Below are positions 46,406-54,995 of a DNA stretch of 64,000 nucleotides, one piece after another (within the stretch, counting starts at the first letter, position 1; each line of letters starts with the position of its first letter). A program made the position numbers and the translations under genes. Source of the DNA: Methanobacteriota archaeon (GTDB taxonomy: Archaea > Thermoplasmatota > Poseidoniia > Poseidoniales > Poseidoniaceae); assembly GCA_002722615.1 (NCBI GenBank), contig PBMQ01000036.1:3207-67206 (forward strand), given 5' to 3'. The notes under the pieces are model-generated. The model was not told the DNA's origin and ran no database searches. It saw nothing but the letters and a program-made list of their open reading frames with translations.

Positions 46406-47752
46406 ATGGCGTCATGGGAGCAACCAATAGAGACTGGAGCCGTTCCAAATTCTGGTGCATCATTCGATGCAATTGTCGTTGGTGGAGGACCGGGTGGTTG
46501 CTCGGCTGCAGGTTATCTTTCAATGGCCGGTAAGAAGGTCTTGTTGATCGAAAAAAGAGTCTGGCCGCGAGACAAAATATGTGGGGATGCGGTCGGCGGC
46601 AAATCATTGTCGCATGTCAAGGCGCTTGGAGTCAAGGAAACACTCGAAAGTACGCCACATTTCAGAGTCAATGGAATTTTGTTTTCAAGTCCGAATGGGA
46701 ACGAGGTTCGAGTTCCATTGCCTGAGGAGGATGTCGCTCGACTGGAAGCTGGATATGCTCTTCCTCGTCAACAATTTGATCATTTATTGTTCGATCGAGT
46801 CCAAGACCTGGTCCGACAAAAGGGGGGTTCCGTGATCCAAGGCGCGTCTGTAAAAGACATGCTCTACAACAATGGCGATGATCCTGGTGAAGGTACTGGA
46901 GCAAAGCGAAAAGCGACTGGTGTGCGGTTAACGGTTGGTGGCAGAAATGGGGATGTGATGGAATTCCACGCTCCCGCAATCGTCGGCGCAGGCGGATACC
47001 TCTGCCCTGTTGCGACCTCGCTCGTCGTCGATACCTACAACGAAAAAATGGTTGACAAAAAGCACTACTGTGGTGGATATCGCGAATACTGGGATGGCGT
47101 CAAAGGATGTGAAGGGAACATTGGCGACATTGAAATTCACTTCGTTGATACGATCATTCCCGGATATTTTTGGATCTTCCCAATTGGTGAAGGGAGGGTT
47201 AATGTTGGCTGTGGGATGGTTATGCATTTAATGGACAAACAGTCAAAGAAATTGAGAGCACTCCAAGAAGATATTATTTCCAATCATCCGCAGTTCAGGG
47301 AGCGTTTCGAACATGCAACGATGGTCAAAGGCAGCTCCAGAGGATGGCAACTTCCGTTCGGATCTCCACGAAAGAAACAGAAATTGCAACCTCGAAGAAT
47401 GGCCATGAATGGGGCTTGGCTGGTCGGTGACGCCGCGAGTCTCATCGATCCATTTTCGGGAGAAGGCGTTGGTAATGCCCTTGTCACTGGCGAGATTGCA
47501 GCACGCCATATCATCGAAGGGCGGTCGCCCGAAGAATACCAAGAAGAAGTCTGGTCTACACTGGGTGCTGAACTAAAGAACAGTTACCGGATGCAATCGC
47601 TCAGTCGAAAATCATGGTTGCTCAACTGGTTTGTTGGCAAGGCTGGTCGTAAGCCTCAGTTGCAAGAAATGATGACCGAAATGATTGCAAGCAAGGAAGC
47701 CCAAGAAAATCTTCACTCTCCATGGTTCATGTTCAAGACCTTGATGTTCTAA
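46406..47752 (+). CDS. geranylgeranyl reductase family flavoprotein (archaeal lipid/isoprenoid saturation)
   Basis: 'FDAIVVGGGPGGCSAAGYLSMAGKKVLLIEK', 'RDKICGDAV', 'LVGDAASLIDPFSGEGVGNAL'. Confidence 0.8.
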   Translation: MASWEQPIETGAVPNSGASFDAIVVGGGPGGCSAAGYLSMAGKKVLLIEKRVWPRDKICGDAVGGKSLSHVKALGVKETLESTPHFRVNGILFSSPNGNEVRVPLPEEDVARLEAGYALPRQQFDHLLFDRVQDLVRQKGGSVIQGASVKDMLYNNGDDPGEGTGAKRKATGVRLTVGGRNGDVMEFHAPAIVGAGGYLCPVATSLVVDTYNEKMVDKKHYCGGYREYWDGVKGCEGNIGDIEIHFVDTIIPGYFWIFPIGEGRVNVGCGMVMHLMDKQSKKLRALQEDIISNHPQFRERFEHATMVKGSSRGWQLPFGSPRKKQKLQPRRMAMNGAWLVGDAASLIDPFSGEGVGNALVTGEIAARHIIEGRSPEEYQEEVWSTLGAELKNSYRMQSLSRKSWLLNWFVGKAGRKPQLQEMMTEMIASKEAQENLHSPWFMFKTLMF

Positions 47753-47761
47753 GGGTGCATC

Positions 47762-48550
47762 ATGGGGACAAGCCTTGAAGGCATCAAAGCCGTCTTTCTG
47801 GACCTTGACGGAACGATTTACTTAGGCGGCAAACTCATTGATGGAGCCTTGGAATTTCTTAATCGGTGTGATGAGCAAGGCGTTCAGCGGTACTTTTTAT
47901 CCAACAATTCTTCGCGTAGTGTTGAACAGTACGTCAAGAAGTTGGAAAGAATGGGGATTCCAGCAACTGCAGATGATGTTCTCCTATCAACGCACGACTG
48001 TATCGCTTGGCTCAAACAACAAAACATTACGCAAACCTATTGCGTTGGAACTGAAGGAATGTGTCAAATGTTGGAAGATGAGGGAATTACAACACGTTCA
48101 CAGGAACCACAGTACGTTGTGCTTGGATACGATACTGAAACAACATATGAACGACTGGAAACTGCGAGTTTGTACCTCCATGCAGGCGTTCCGTTGATGG
48201 CTTCTCATCCCGACATGGTTTGTCCTTCCCCGAATGGTGGCCTTCCAGATGTTGGGGCATTTCTCGCATTGTTCAAAGCAACTACAGGTGTTGAGCCAAC
48301 ACATATCTCAGGAAAGCCAAACGCTGGCATGATTCTGCATAAGATCGAAGCATTAGGTCTTCGGCCTGAAGAATGCGCAATGGTGGGCGACCGTCTCTAC
48401 ACCGATATTGCAATGGCAAATCGAGCGAAATGCATGGGGATTTTGGTACTCTCAGGAGAAGCGAAACAAGCCGATGTTGAGGCTCTTCCAGAAGGCGTTG
48501 AACAACAACCAACGCTCATTGTTTCTTCAGTTGACGCACTACTTAGGTGA
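47762..48550 (+). CDS. HAD-superfamily hydrolase, subfamily IIA (NagD-like sugar-phosphate phosphatase)
   Basis: Motif I 'FLDLDGTIY', motif II 'FLSNNS', 'GKPN', motif IV 'MVGDRLYTDI'. Confidence 0.8.
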   Translation: MGTSLEGIKAVFLDLDGTIYLGGKLIDGALEFLNRCDEQGVQRYFLSNNSSRSVEQYVKKLERMGIPATADDVLLSTHDCIAWLKQQNITQTYCVGTEGMCQMLEDEGITTRSQEPQYVVLGYDTETTYERLETASLYLHAGVPLMASHPDMVCPSPNGGLPDVGAFLALFKATTGVEPTHISGKPNAGMILHKIEALGLRPEECAMVGDRLYTDIAMANRAKCMGILVLSGEAKQADVEALPEGVEQQPTLIVSSVDALLR

Positions 48551-48554
48551 TGGA

Positions 48555-49451
48555 GTGGGACTCAAAAACCGTTGGAAGCTTTGGCGGAAAAGGAAGTTAA
48601 TTTTCCCACCCGATGAAATTCATCAGGCTGGGGAAAACGCAGAATTACGTTTGGAAAAACTTTGCAGAGCAGCAGGCAAAAACAACAATTGGGCAGTTTA
48701 CCCTTCCGTCCGCATACCTGATCCTGATGGGGGTCGCCGTGAGATCGATTTAATTCTCGTATCTGGGACTACTGTCTTGATTGTTGAACAAAAACACTGG
48801 TCTGGCCGGTTTGAAGTCTTTGAAGATGGTGAGTTTTTACAGCATCGAAACAAAGGTGGAGCCCATAGTCACGCCACGGTTGCACATAGAATTGCTCGAA
48901 AAGCTCGGCTGTTAGAAGAGATTCACCGACAGCGATTTCCTGAAAATGAGATGTCATTTCATGTCCTTGTTGCTATGACTCACCCACGCCTTGAATGGCC
49001 TGAGACATTCCCAGAACTTCCTGCTGAGATGATCAATGAACGACAATTGTTGGACAGAATCCAATCCACAGGAGGTTCCCCTGAAGATAATGATTTCGAA
49101 GACACAATGGCTGGGTTTGGAACGTGGGATGAAATTCATATGCACGGGGGTTTGAAACTTAAGGGCGATTTACTCAACCTCGGTCTAGGTTCTGGAGTCG
49201 AAGAGTGGGATGGAACCCGACAAGGTGACCTGAGGGTGCATGTTGAACATCCTCGAGGAGTCCTCACCCTGTTACGGACGTCCATGAGTAAAGTTCGGCT
49301 CAGTGATGATTCTGGAAGGAATATCGAATTGAAATGCAAGGATGGTCCGAACGCAAAAATGCATGTTGTCGGAAAGACAACCGCTGAAGAAGTGGATTGG
49401 ATGATGATTGATTCAATACATGCGTCTCGACGACCAAAGGAGTGGGGATGA
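48555..49451 (+). CDS. NERD (nuclease-related domain) protein
   Basis: 'RREIDLILVSGTTVLIVEQKHWSGRF' is the NERD-type D...E-x-K core. Start uncertain: GTG 48555 just after the HAD stop, or ATG 48474/48408, which would overlap the HAD gene by 77-143 nt. Confidence 0.55.
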   Translation: MGLKNRWKLWRKRKLIFPPDEIHQAGENAELRLEKLCRAAGKNNNWAVYPSVRIPDPDGGRREIDLILVSGTTVLIVEQKHWSGRFEVFEDGEFLQHRNKGGAHSHATVAHRIARKARLLEEIHRQRFPENEMSFHVLVAMTHPRLEWPETFPELPAEMINERQLLDRIQSTGGSPEDNDFEDTMAGFGTWDEIHMHGGLKLKGDLLNLGLGSGVEEWDGTRQGDLRVHVEHPRGVLTLLRTSMSKVRLSDDSGRNIELKCKDGPNAKMHVVGKTTAEEVDWMMIDSIHASRRPKEWG

Positions 49452-49759
49452 TGGCTGAGCCTTGGATTGAAGCAATTGGTCTGATCGCAGGTTTCATCGG
49501 CATTGTTGCTTGGATTCCTCAGATTCGACGCGTATATGTCGATGAAAAGGAGGAGGGAATCTCTCTTCCAACCTTCCTTGCCGTGACTGCTTCTTTGTCG
49601 CTTTGGCTTGTTTACGGAATTATTGTCAAATCCATTGCGATGATTGTTTCAAACATCCTTACCTTAGGATTCATCATTGCGATTACGCTGGGCGTCTATC
49701 GCATTCGAAGCAAGTCGTCGAATGATGATATCAACAAACAGACTTCGTTGTCTCGATGA
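49448..49759 (+). CDS. SemiSWEET / PQ-loop 3-TM transporter
   Basis: ~100 aa with three TM helices and the PQ motif 'VAWIPQIRRVY' in TM1, the size and layout of prokaryotic SemiSWEETs. The ATG overlaps the NERD stop. Confidence 0.65.
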   Translation: MMAEPWIEAIGLIAGFIGIVAWIPQIRRVYVDEKEEGISLPTFLAVTASLSLWLVYGIIVKSIAMIVSNILTLGFIIAITLGVYRIRSKSSNDDINKQTSLSR

Positions 49760-50750
49760 TGACTGCCCCAATTTTGTACGGGTCACCATTGGATGCAGGC
49801 CGACGGTCCTCAAGACGGCCTACCCATCCATCTGTTGGGACTGTTGCGGGAACTCGAATTGATGCTCCACGATCAGAGACACCGTATGAGAATTGGTCTA
49901 TTGACTGTGTTTCGTGAAGTCCTGTCAGACGCTCTTCGTTGTGAGCTCCATAGACTGACATGTGCTTTTCGATGTTACGGCCGAATGCTTCGCAAATGCT
50001 GTCAAACAATTCTTTCCCGCCCTTGTCACGCATTGCACCATTGGAGAAGTTTGCGTGCATACCGGATCCATTCCAATCTCCCTTGATTGGTTTTGGATGG
50101 TATTCAATGTAGTAACCGTAACTTTCTGTCAAGCGGTCAAGGAGGTAGCGGGCAACCCAGAGCTCATCGCCGGCTTGCTTTGCACCCTTTGCGAAGATTT
50201 GGAATTCCCATTGTCCGCAAGCGACTTCTTGGTTGATTCCTTCGAAATTGAGACCTGCTTCGAGACAGAGATCTGCATGTTCTTCGACGAGAGAACGCCC
50301 GTGTGTGTTCTTACCGCCAACGGAACAATAGTACAATCCTTGAGGGCCAGGGTAGCCACCAACTGGGAAACCAAGGGGAAGTTGTGTATCGACATCCATG
50401 ATGAAGTATTCCTGTTCAAAACCAAACCAAAAGTCTGCATCATCATCATCGATGGTTGCTCGACCGTTGCTGAGGTGAGGGGTCCCATCTGGGTTCAGAA
50501 CTTCACACATGACAAGGTAACCGTTGACACGCTGTGGGTCAGGGAAGATGTTGACTGGTTGGAGAAGACAGTCGGATGAGCTTCCGTCTGCTTGCTTTGT
50601 TGAAGAACCGTCAAACATCCAGATAGGACATTCTTCAAGTGTTCCTGTAAAATTCGAACGAACCATTGTCTTGCTACGCATGTTTTGTGTAGGTTTGTAT
50701 CCGTCTAGCCAAATGTACTCAAGTTTTGCTTTATCATTCATGGGTATCAT
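49731..50750 (-). CDS. glnII: glutamine synthetase, type II (eukaryote/GlnII-like)
   Basis: 'KLEYIWLDG...MRSKT', 'WMFDGSSTKQA', 'FGFEQEYF', 'GINQEVACGQWEFQI', 'HPKPIKGDWNGSGMHANFS'. 339 aa, the type II size and motif set. Confidence 0.88.
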   Translation of the reverse strand: MIPMNDKAKLEYIWLDGYKPTQNMRSKTMVRSNFTGTLEECPIWMFDGSSTKQADGSSSDCLLQPVNIFPDPQRVNGYLVMCEVLNPDGTPHLSNGRATIDDDDADFWFGFEQEYFIMDVDTQLPLGFPVGGYPGPQGLYYCSVGGKNTHGRSLVEEHADLCLEAGLNFEGINQEVACGQWEFQIFAKGAKQAGDELWVARYLLDRLTESYGYYIEYHPKPIKGDWNGSGMHANFSNGAMRDKGGKELFDSICEAFGRNIEKHMSVYGAHNEERLTGLHETQSIDQFSYGVSDRGASIRVPATVPTDGWVGRLEDRRPASNGDPYKIGAVIIETTKSVC

Positions 50751-50951
50751 ACGCGTCGCTGTGAGGACGGTATATGAAACATTTGCTCATTATTTATGAT
50801 AATTTATGTGTTTAATGACTAAAAAATGATAGGATGTTTAATCATATGTTCTATAATCATGGAGTTCGAGAAGGATAGAGTATCCATTTGTTCTGTTCCG
50901 GAGAGAAATATTTTGCAAATGCATAAAAAATTGCATTGGTACTGTCAGAGG

Positions 50952-52751
50952 TCACTGGTTGTTCGCCGCTTCATCTGATTGTGGGGTGATCAAGACTTCA
51001 GAACTCGAGCGTTCAATCAATGGTAATTCTGCAACTGATAGGGAGGGGAGAACATGTACTGTGCAGGTGTTACCACAAGCTGGCGCAAGGTAGTCTTCGC
51101 CTTGATCGGTGAGAACGAAACGAATACCATGTCCTGCGGGCAGCAGCGCATCAATGGCCTGAAATTCCATGAGAAGGGTGATTTCCTGACCGGGTACAAC
51201 CGTTTGTGCTTCGTATCCGCCTGCATGATATCGTATATCCATGGTCGCATGGCCAAGACGAATGCCTGTAACAGCATCCTGCATCTCAACAAAGACTTGC
51301 CCTCCGTCGAAGGTTGGAACTGCTGAAAGATGGATTGTGGCAAGACCTGCGATGTGTGAATCTTGTAATTCATTGATTGCAGGACATTCAACGGTGATTG
51401 ACTGGCCACCTCCGACAACCGGCGTACCGCCCCCGACAAATGCGCCGTCGTTCGTACAATCTCCTAAATCAATTTGGTGAGGTTCGACATCCAATGGAGG
51501 CCACGTATCTTCGATTCTCCATTGACCATCGTTCCGCTGTATTTGGGCGTGAAGATCGGGCTTTTCTCCAATCCCTTTGAGATAATATTCCATCCACTCA
51601 AACAAGTCTTGACCCCAATCCCATCGTGTCATGTTCTGAATTGCTTCGCCACCGTAACCAGAGGCTTGCGCATTGTGTTTTGTCCATTGGTCTGGATAGT
51701 TATGTTCCCATTGGCCGATCATACCAGCAACATCGTATCCGTTGTCGATGTATTCTTGATACCAATTTACGCCAGGCGGGCCCCCGAACACTTGGTGGGG
51801 GTCAACATTCCAATCTTGCAGTCCTTGAACCCAATAGATGCTTCCATTGTAAGTCCCTAGTGCTTTGTCGATATGACTGCGCTCATCGTAATAATTGTCC
51901 ATGTAGGGATCTAATTCACCGAGTCCGTAGCGTGTTGGTCCAGCAAGGAACCCTTCAACAACATCTCCGCACAGGTTGTCCAAATCATCAGAATCATAAT
52001 CAAGAATTGACCCCCCATAATTCGAATGCATCACTTGACTTCGTGCTTCTGCGCTACCGTTTTTGTACAAAAGTGGGCCCAATGCCGTCGTACCTGATAT
52101 TGGGACGATGGTCTTGAGATACTGGCTACCTTGTGCAGCAGCTTCCCATGCAGTGGCTCCCTCGTAGGATTTCCCATAAATCGCAACATGCCCGTTGCTC
52201 CAATTTTGAGTACCAAGCCACTCAACCGCAGTGTGGATGCCAAGTCCTTCCCCGTCTCCACGATAATCGAAACAACCCGTACTCTCCTCAGTTGCAAATA
52301 CAGCAACTTGGGCCAATGCATATCCATGAGGAACGAAATTATCGTAAATGAATTCGCCTCTTCCAGCACTCACGACATTGGTTGGAGATGATTCACTCCC
52401 TTGTTGCCCATAATCAAAGTACGGGCTGACAACAGCGATAACCGGGACTTGTTCGCCTTCTTCTGTATTCGAAGGTAGCCAGTAGGAGAGGTGGACTTCA
52501 GCAGTGTTTGGCCCTCCTTCCCATGTGCCAGAAGTGTCAACTTCGATGGTTGCTTCTTGAACAGAAAGGGGTTCATAGGGGCCATCTTCCAAAACACGAG
52601 AGTAGGATCCGGTCCAATTCCACTGTAATGTGTGCCGTTCATAGATATCTGGATATGGTTCGGCTTGCTGTTGTTCTGGACCCGCTTCAGCATCGCCAAA
52701 ACAGCCTGCTAATGTCATTGACAACATCATTGACGCCAAGAGGAGAGCCAT
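50952..52751 (-). CDS. secreted X-Pro dipeptidyl-peptidase / CocE-NonD family (S15) serine hydrolase, probable lipoprotein
   Basis: Lipobox-like signal 'MALLLASMMLSMTLAGC'. Nucleophile motif 'IYGKSYEGATAW' (GxSYxG) and a large C-terminal beta-domain. AGGAGTGGG precedes ATG 52751. Confidence 0.75.
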   Translation of the reverse strand: MALLLASMMLSMTLAGCFGDAEAGPEQQQAEPYPDIYERHTLQWNWTGSYSRVLEDGPYEPLSVQEATIEVDTSGTWEGGPNTAEVHLSYWLPSNTEEGEQVPVIAVVSPYFDYGQQGSESSPTNVVSAGRGEFIYDNFVPHGYALAQVAVFATEESTGCFDYRGDGEGLGIHTAVEWLGTQNWSNGHVAIYGKSYEGATAWEAAAQGSQYLKTIVPISGTTALGPLLYKNGSAEARSQVMHSNYGGSILDYDSDDLDNLCGDVVEGFLAGPTRYGLGELDPYMDNYYDERSHIDKALGTYNGSIYWVQGLQDWNVDPHQVFGGPPGVNWYQEYIDNGYDVAGMIGQWEHNYPDQWTKHNAQASGYGGEAIQNMTRWDWGQDLFEWMEYYLKGIGEKPDLHAQIQRNDGQWRIEDTWPPLDVEPHQIDLGDCTNDGAFVGGGTPVVGGGQSITVECPAINELQDSHIAGLATIHLSAVPTFDGGQVFVEMQDAVTGIRLGHATMDIRYHAGGYEAQTVVPGQEITLLMEFQAIDALLPAGHGIRFVLTDQGEDYLAPACGNTCTVHVLPSLSVAELPLIERSSSEVLITPQSDEAANNQ

Positions 52752-52849
52752 CCCACTCCTTTGCGCCATGGCAAGGCCTGTTAGAGGTGACATAAACGGT
52801 TTGCGTCTTTTCCGCAAACTATGATTGGTGGCAACGCTTGGAGTTCAAC

Positions 52850-53644
52850 ATGGAGGCCGCAGAAGTATGGAAGGCAAGATGGGATGCATCAACGTTGCCC
52901 ATGGCGAAAACGTTCATGGAAGTTGCATGCAGAAAGAAGAGTCTTGTCTGTCTCGCCGCTGACAAATACACCATGGGAGAGTTGTTCGAACTTCTGAAAG
53001 CAGTTGGACCTTCAATCGCTGCTCTAAAGACACATGTCGATCTCATCGATGATTGGAACAAAGAAGAGTGGGGTCAATTTTGCAATCTTGCCCAAACAAT
53101 GGATTTGCTTATTTTTGAAGATCGTAAATTTGCTGATATCGGAAAAATATCGAGAAAGCAGATGGGTGGAGTATACAACATCCAAGAATGGAGCGACATC
53201 GTTACTGCTCATCTCATCAGCGGCCCTGATATTGTCGATGGGCTGCAATCTGCTTGGAGTGATGCCTCACGAGAAGGTGGAGTCTTATTGCTCGCTCAGA
53301 TGTCAAGCCGTGGCAATCTGTTGAATCCAGATTATACTGCAACTGTTGTCCAAGCAGGAAAGGTTCATCCTGGCGTGTTTGGATTCATTGGAAACGGGTC
53401 AAATGCTGACTCTGTACGCGCATTACGGGAAATGGTTGGAGATGAGAAAATGATCTGGACCCCTGGTGTGAATATTGCAACTGGTGATGGAGAAATGGGC
53501 CAGCGCTACGGCGATCCTTATGATGCTGTCATCGCTGGTTCAGATTGTATCATCGTTGGTTCAGGTATTCACGGTGCAGCCGATCCTGCCGCCGCAGCGG
53601 CCGCTTATGCTGAAGTGTCTTGGAAAGCCCTCATGGAGCGATAA
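52850..53644 (+). CDS. pyrF: orotidine 5'-phosphate decarboxylase
   Basis: 'KKSLVCLAADKYTMGELFELLKAVGPSIAALKTHVDLIDDW' and 'IFEDRKFADIG' (DxKxxD catalytic motif). URA3-like subtype. Confidence 0.9.
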   Translation: MEAAEVWKARWDASTLPMAKTFMEVACRKKSLVCLAADKYTMGELFELLKAVGPSIAALKTHVDLIDDWNKEEWGQFCNLAQTMDLLIFEDRKFADIGKISRKQMGGVYNIQEWSDIVTAHLISGPDIVDGLQSAWSDASREGGVLLLAQMSSRGNLLNPDYTATVVQAGKVHPGVFGFIGNGSNADSVRALREMVGDEKMIWTPGVNIATGDGEMGQRYGDPYDAVIAGSDCIIVGSGIHGAADPAAAAAAYAEVSWKALMER

Positions 53645-53646
53645 AT

Positions 53647-53907
53647 ATGGAGGCTGTGCTCTTTATCATCGGTATGGTTCTCCTTGCAGGACTGCTTGGA
53701 CTGTTGTACTGGGGCTACTGGAATGCGAGAAAACTCGATCGACAAATCCAACGTGGAGACCCGTCGTTATTGACAACGAGCACCTACAAACGCGAAGAAG
53801 TCATTCAGGCTCCGCAGGGATCTGTAATTATGGAAGGGCAAATCGTCCAATTACCGGGACAATACACTCAGGCCATTCCTGTACAACACTCTCAGTTACA
53901 AGAGTGA
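53647..53907 (+). CDS. small single-TM protein
   Basis: ATG lies 2 nt after the pyrF stop. 'AVLFIIGMVLLAGLLGLLYWGYW' TM helix, then a Q-rich tail. Weak support beyond ORF length and position. Confidence 0.35.
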   Translation: MEAVLFIIGMVLLAGLLGLLYWGYWNARKLDRQIQRGDPSLLTTSTYKREEVIQAPQGSVIMEGQIVQLPGQYTQAIPVQHSQLQE

Positions 53908-54564
53908 GTCAAGATATCCAAGTTGGTAGGCAGCACCAGCACCTGCTGCAATGAGTACAAGAAGGAACAAGAATTTCTTTTTTCCTTTCTTATTCGGGCC
54001 TGATGATTCGGATGCTTCGGCTTCAAGAGGAGGTAATTCGGCAATTGGAGGGAGTTCTTCTAGAGGGGGCAACTCTGCAATTGGAGGTAACTCGATGGTG
54101 TCCGGCTCTGGCTTGATTCGATCTTCTGGGTACAATTGGTCCAAATCTTCCAAACCTGGGGCTTCGGGGATCGGTCCAAGGACTTGGTCCCAGATTTCAT
54201 CAAGTTGGGATTGGGTTACTGGCTTTGCAAGCCATCCAACAGCTCCCGCTGAGAAGGTTGCATGAACTGCCAGCTCCGATAGTCGATTTGGTGCAATGAA
54301 CAAGATGCGTGAATCTCCTCCGTGTTCTCTCATTTCCAGGGCAGCAAGATGGCCATCGAGAGAAGGGATGTCGAGGGACATCACGACCAGTTCGGGATCG
54401 AGTTTGATGTATTCATCAACGGCAAGATCTCCATCTTCACAAACTTCGATAGCGAAACCTCGCTTTCTGAACACTTCACGCAAACGCATAATGGACATCT
54501 GATTGTTGTCAACAATCAAGACCGTTGGCGCTTCATCCGAAGAAACTTCACTAACGTATGACAT
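53896..54564 (-). CDS. receiver (CheY-like) domain protein with Pro-rich repeat linker and C-terminal TM anchor
   Basis: 'VLIVDNNQMS', 'LVVMSLDIPSLDG' (phospho-acceptor Asp position), 'WLAKPV' (conserved Lys). Then (ELPPIAELPPLE)x2, a KKGKKK stretch and 'FLFLLVLIAAGAGAAY'. Confidence 0.7.
   Translation of the reverse strand: MSYVSEVSSDEAPTVLIVDNNQMSIMRLREVFRKRGFAIEVCEDGDLAVDEYIKLDPELVVMSLDIPSLDGHLAALEMREHGGDSRILFIAPNRLSELAVHATFSAGAVGWLAKPVTQSQLDEIWDQVLGPIPEAPGLEDLDQLYPEDRIKPEPDTIELPPIAELPPLEELPPIAELPPLEAEASESSGPNKKGKKKFLFLLVLIAAGAGAAYQLGYLDSLL
54022..54093 (-). repeat. 2 x 36-nt coding tandem repeat (ELPPIAELPPLE)x2
   Basis: Direct repetition visible in both the protein and the DNA (ggaggtaattcggcaattggaggg... 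/ gggggcaactctgcaattggaggt...). Confidence 0.8.
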
Positions 54565-54629
54565 TGCGACCAATCCCCCTGAGACATTGCTTGCTCATCA
54601 ATGAACCGATGAAATTGTTTCAATTCCAA

Positions 54630-54986
54630 TCATTCTTCACTCGAAACATCTTCAACGGGGGCTTGCCGAGGATTTTCAAAGGTTTGACGTACATTTTGCA
54701 TGTTCGCTTCCTCTTCTTCCATTCGCTTCTTTCGCTTCGGCCCTTGCATGAATTGCATCTGTAATTCACTGATGACCCCTTTGAGCATTGCTTCTGCTGA
54801 TGCATCAAGATTGCCTTGGGTTTTATTTTGAAGCATCCGAAGAATGTCGATGATGTCTTTTGCTTCTGAAAAATTGAATTTCAGACCACCTTCTGGATGT
54901 TCAAGGAGTCCTAAATTAGCCATTGCAGACCGTTGGAACATATGGACAACCGTGAAAAACGTCTCAGTTTCTTTATCTTGAAACAT
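54630..54986 (-). CDS. DUF1844-like protein
   Basis: 'FFTVVHMFQRSAMANLGLLEHPEGG...FSEAKDIIDILRMLQNKTQGNLDASAEAML' matches my recollection of the DUF1844 pattern (…AKxxIDxLxxLxxKTxGNL…). Confidence 0.55.
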   Translation of the reverse strand: MFQDKETETFFTVVHMFQRSAMANLGLLEHPEGGLKFNFSEAKDIIDILRMLQNKTQGNLDASAEAMLKGVISELQMQFMQGPKRKKRMEEEEANMQNVRQTFENPRQAPVEDVSSEE

Positions 54987-54995
54987 GGTTAAGCC

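Noticed and set aside
50873-50885. Palindrome GGATAGAGTATCC as an NrpR-type nitrogen operator upstream of the GS gene
   Set aside because: It does not match the GGAA-N6-TTCC operator known from methanogens. A 5-bp-arm palindrome can occur by chance in 200 nt. It is mentioned only as part of the spacer description.
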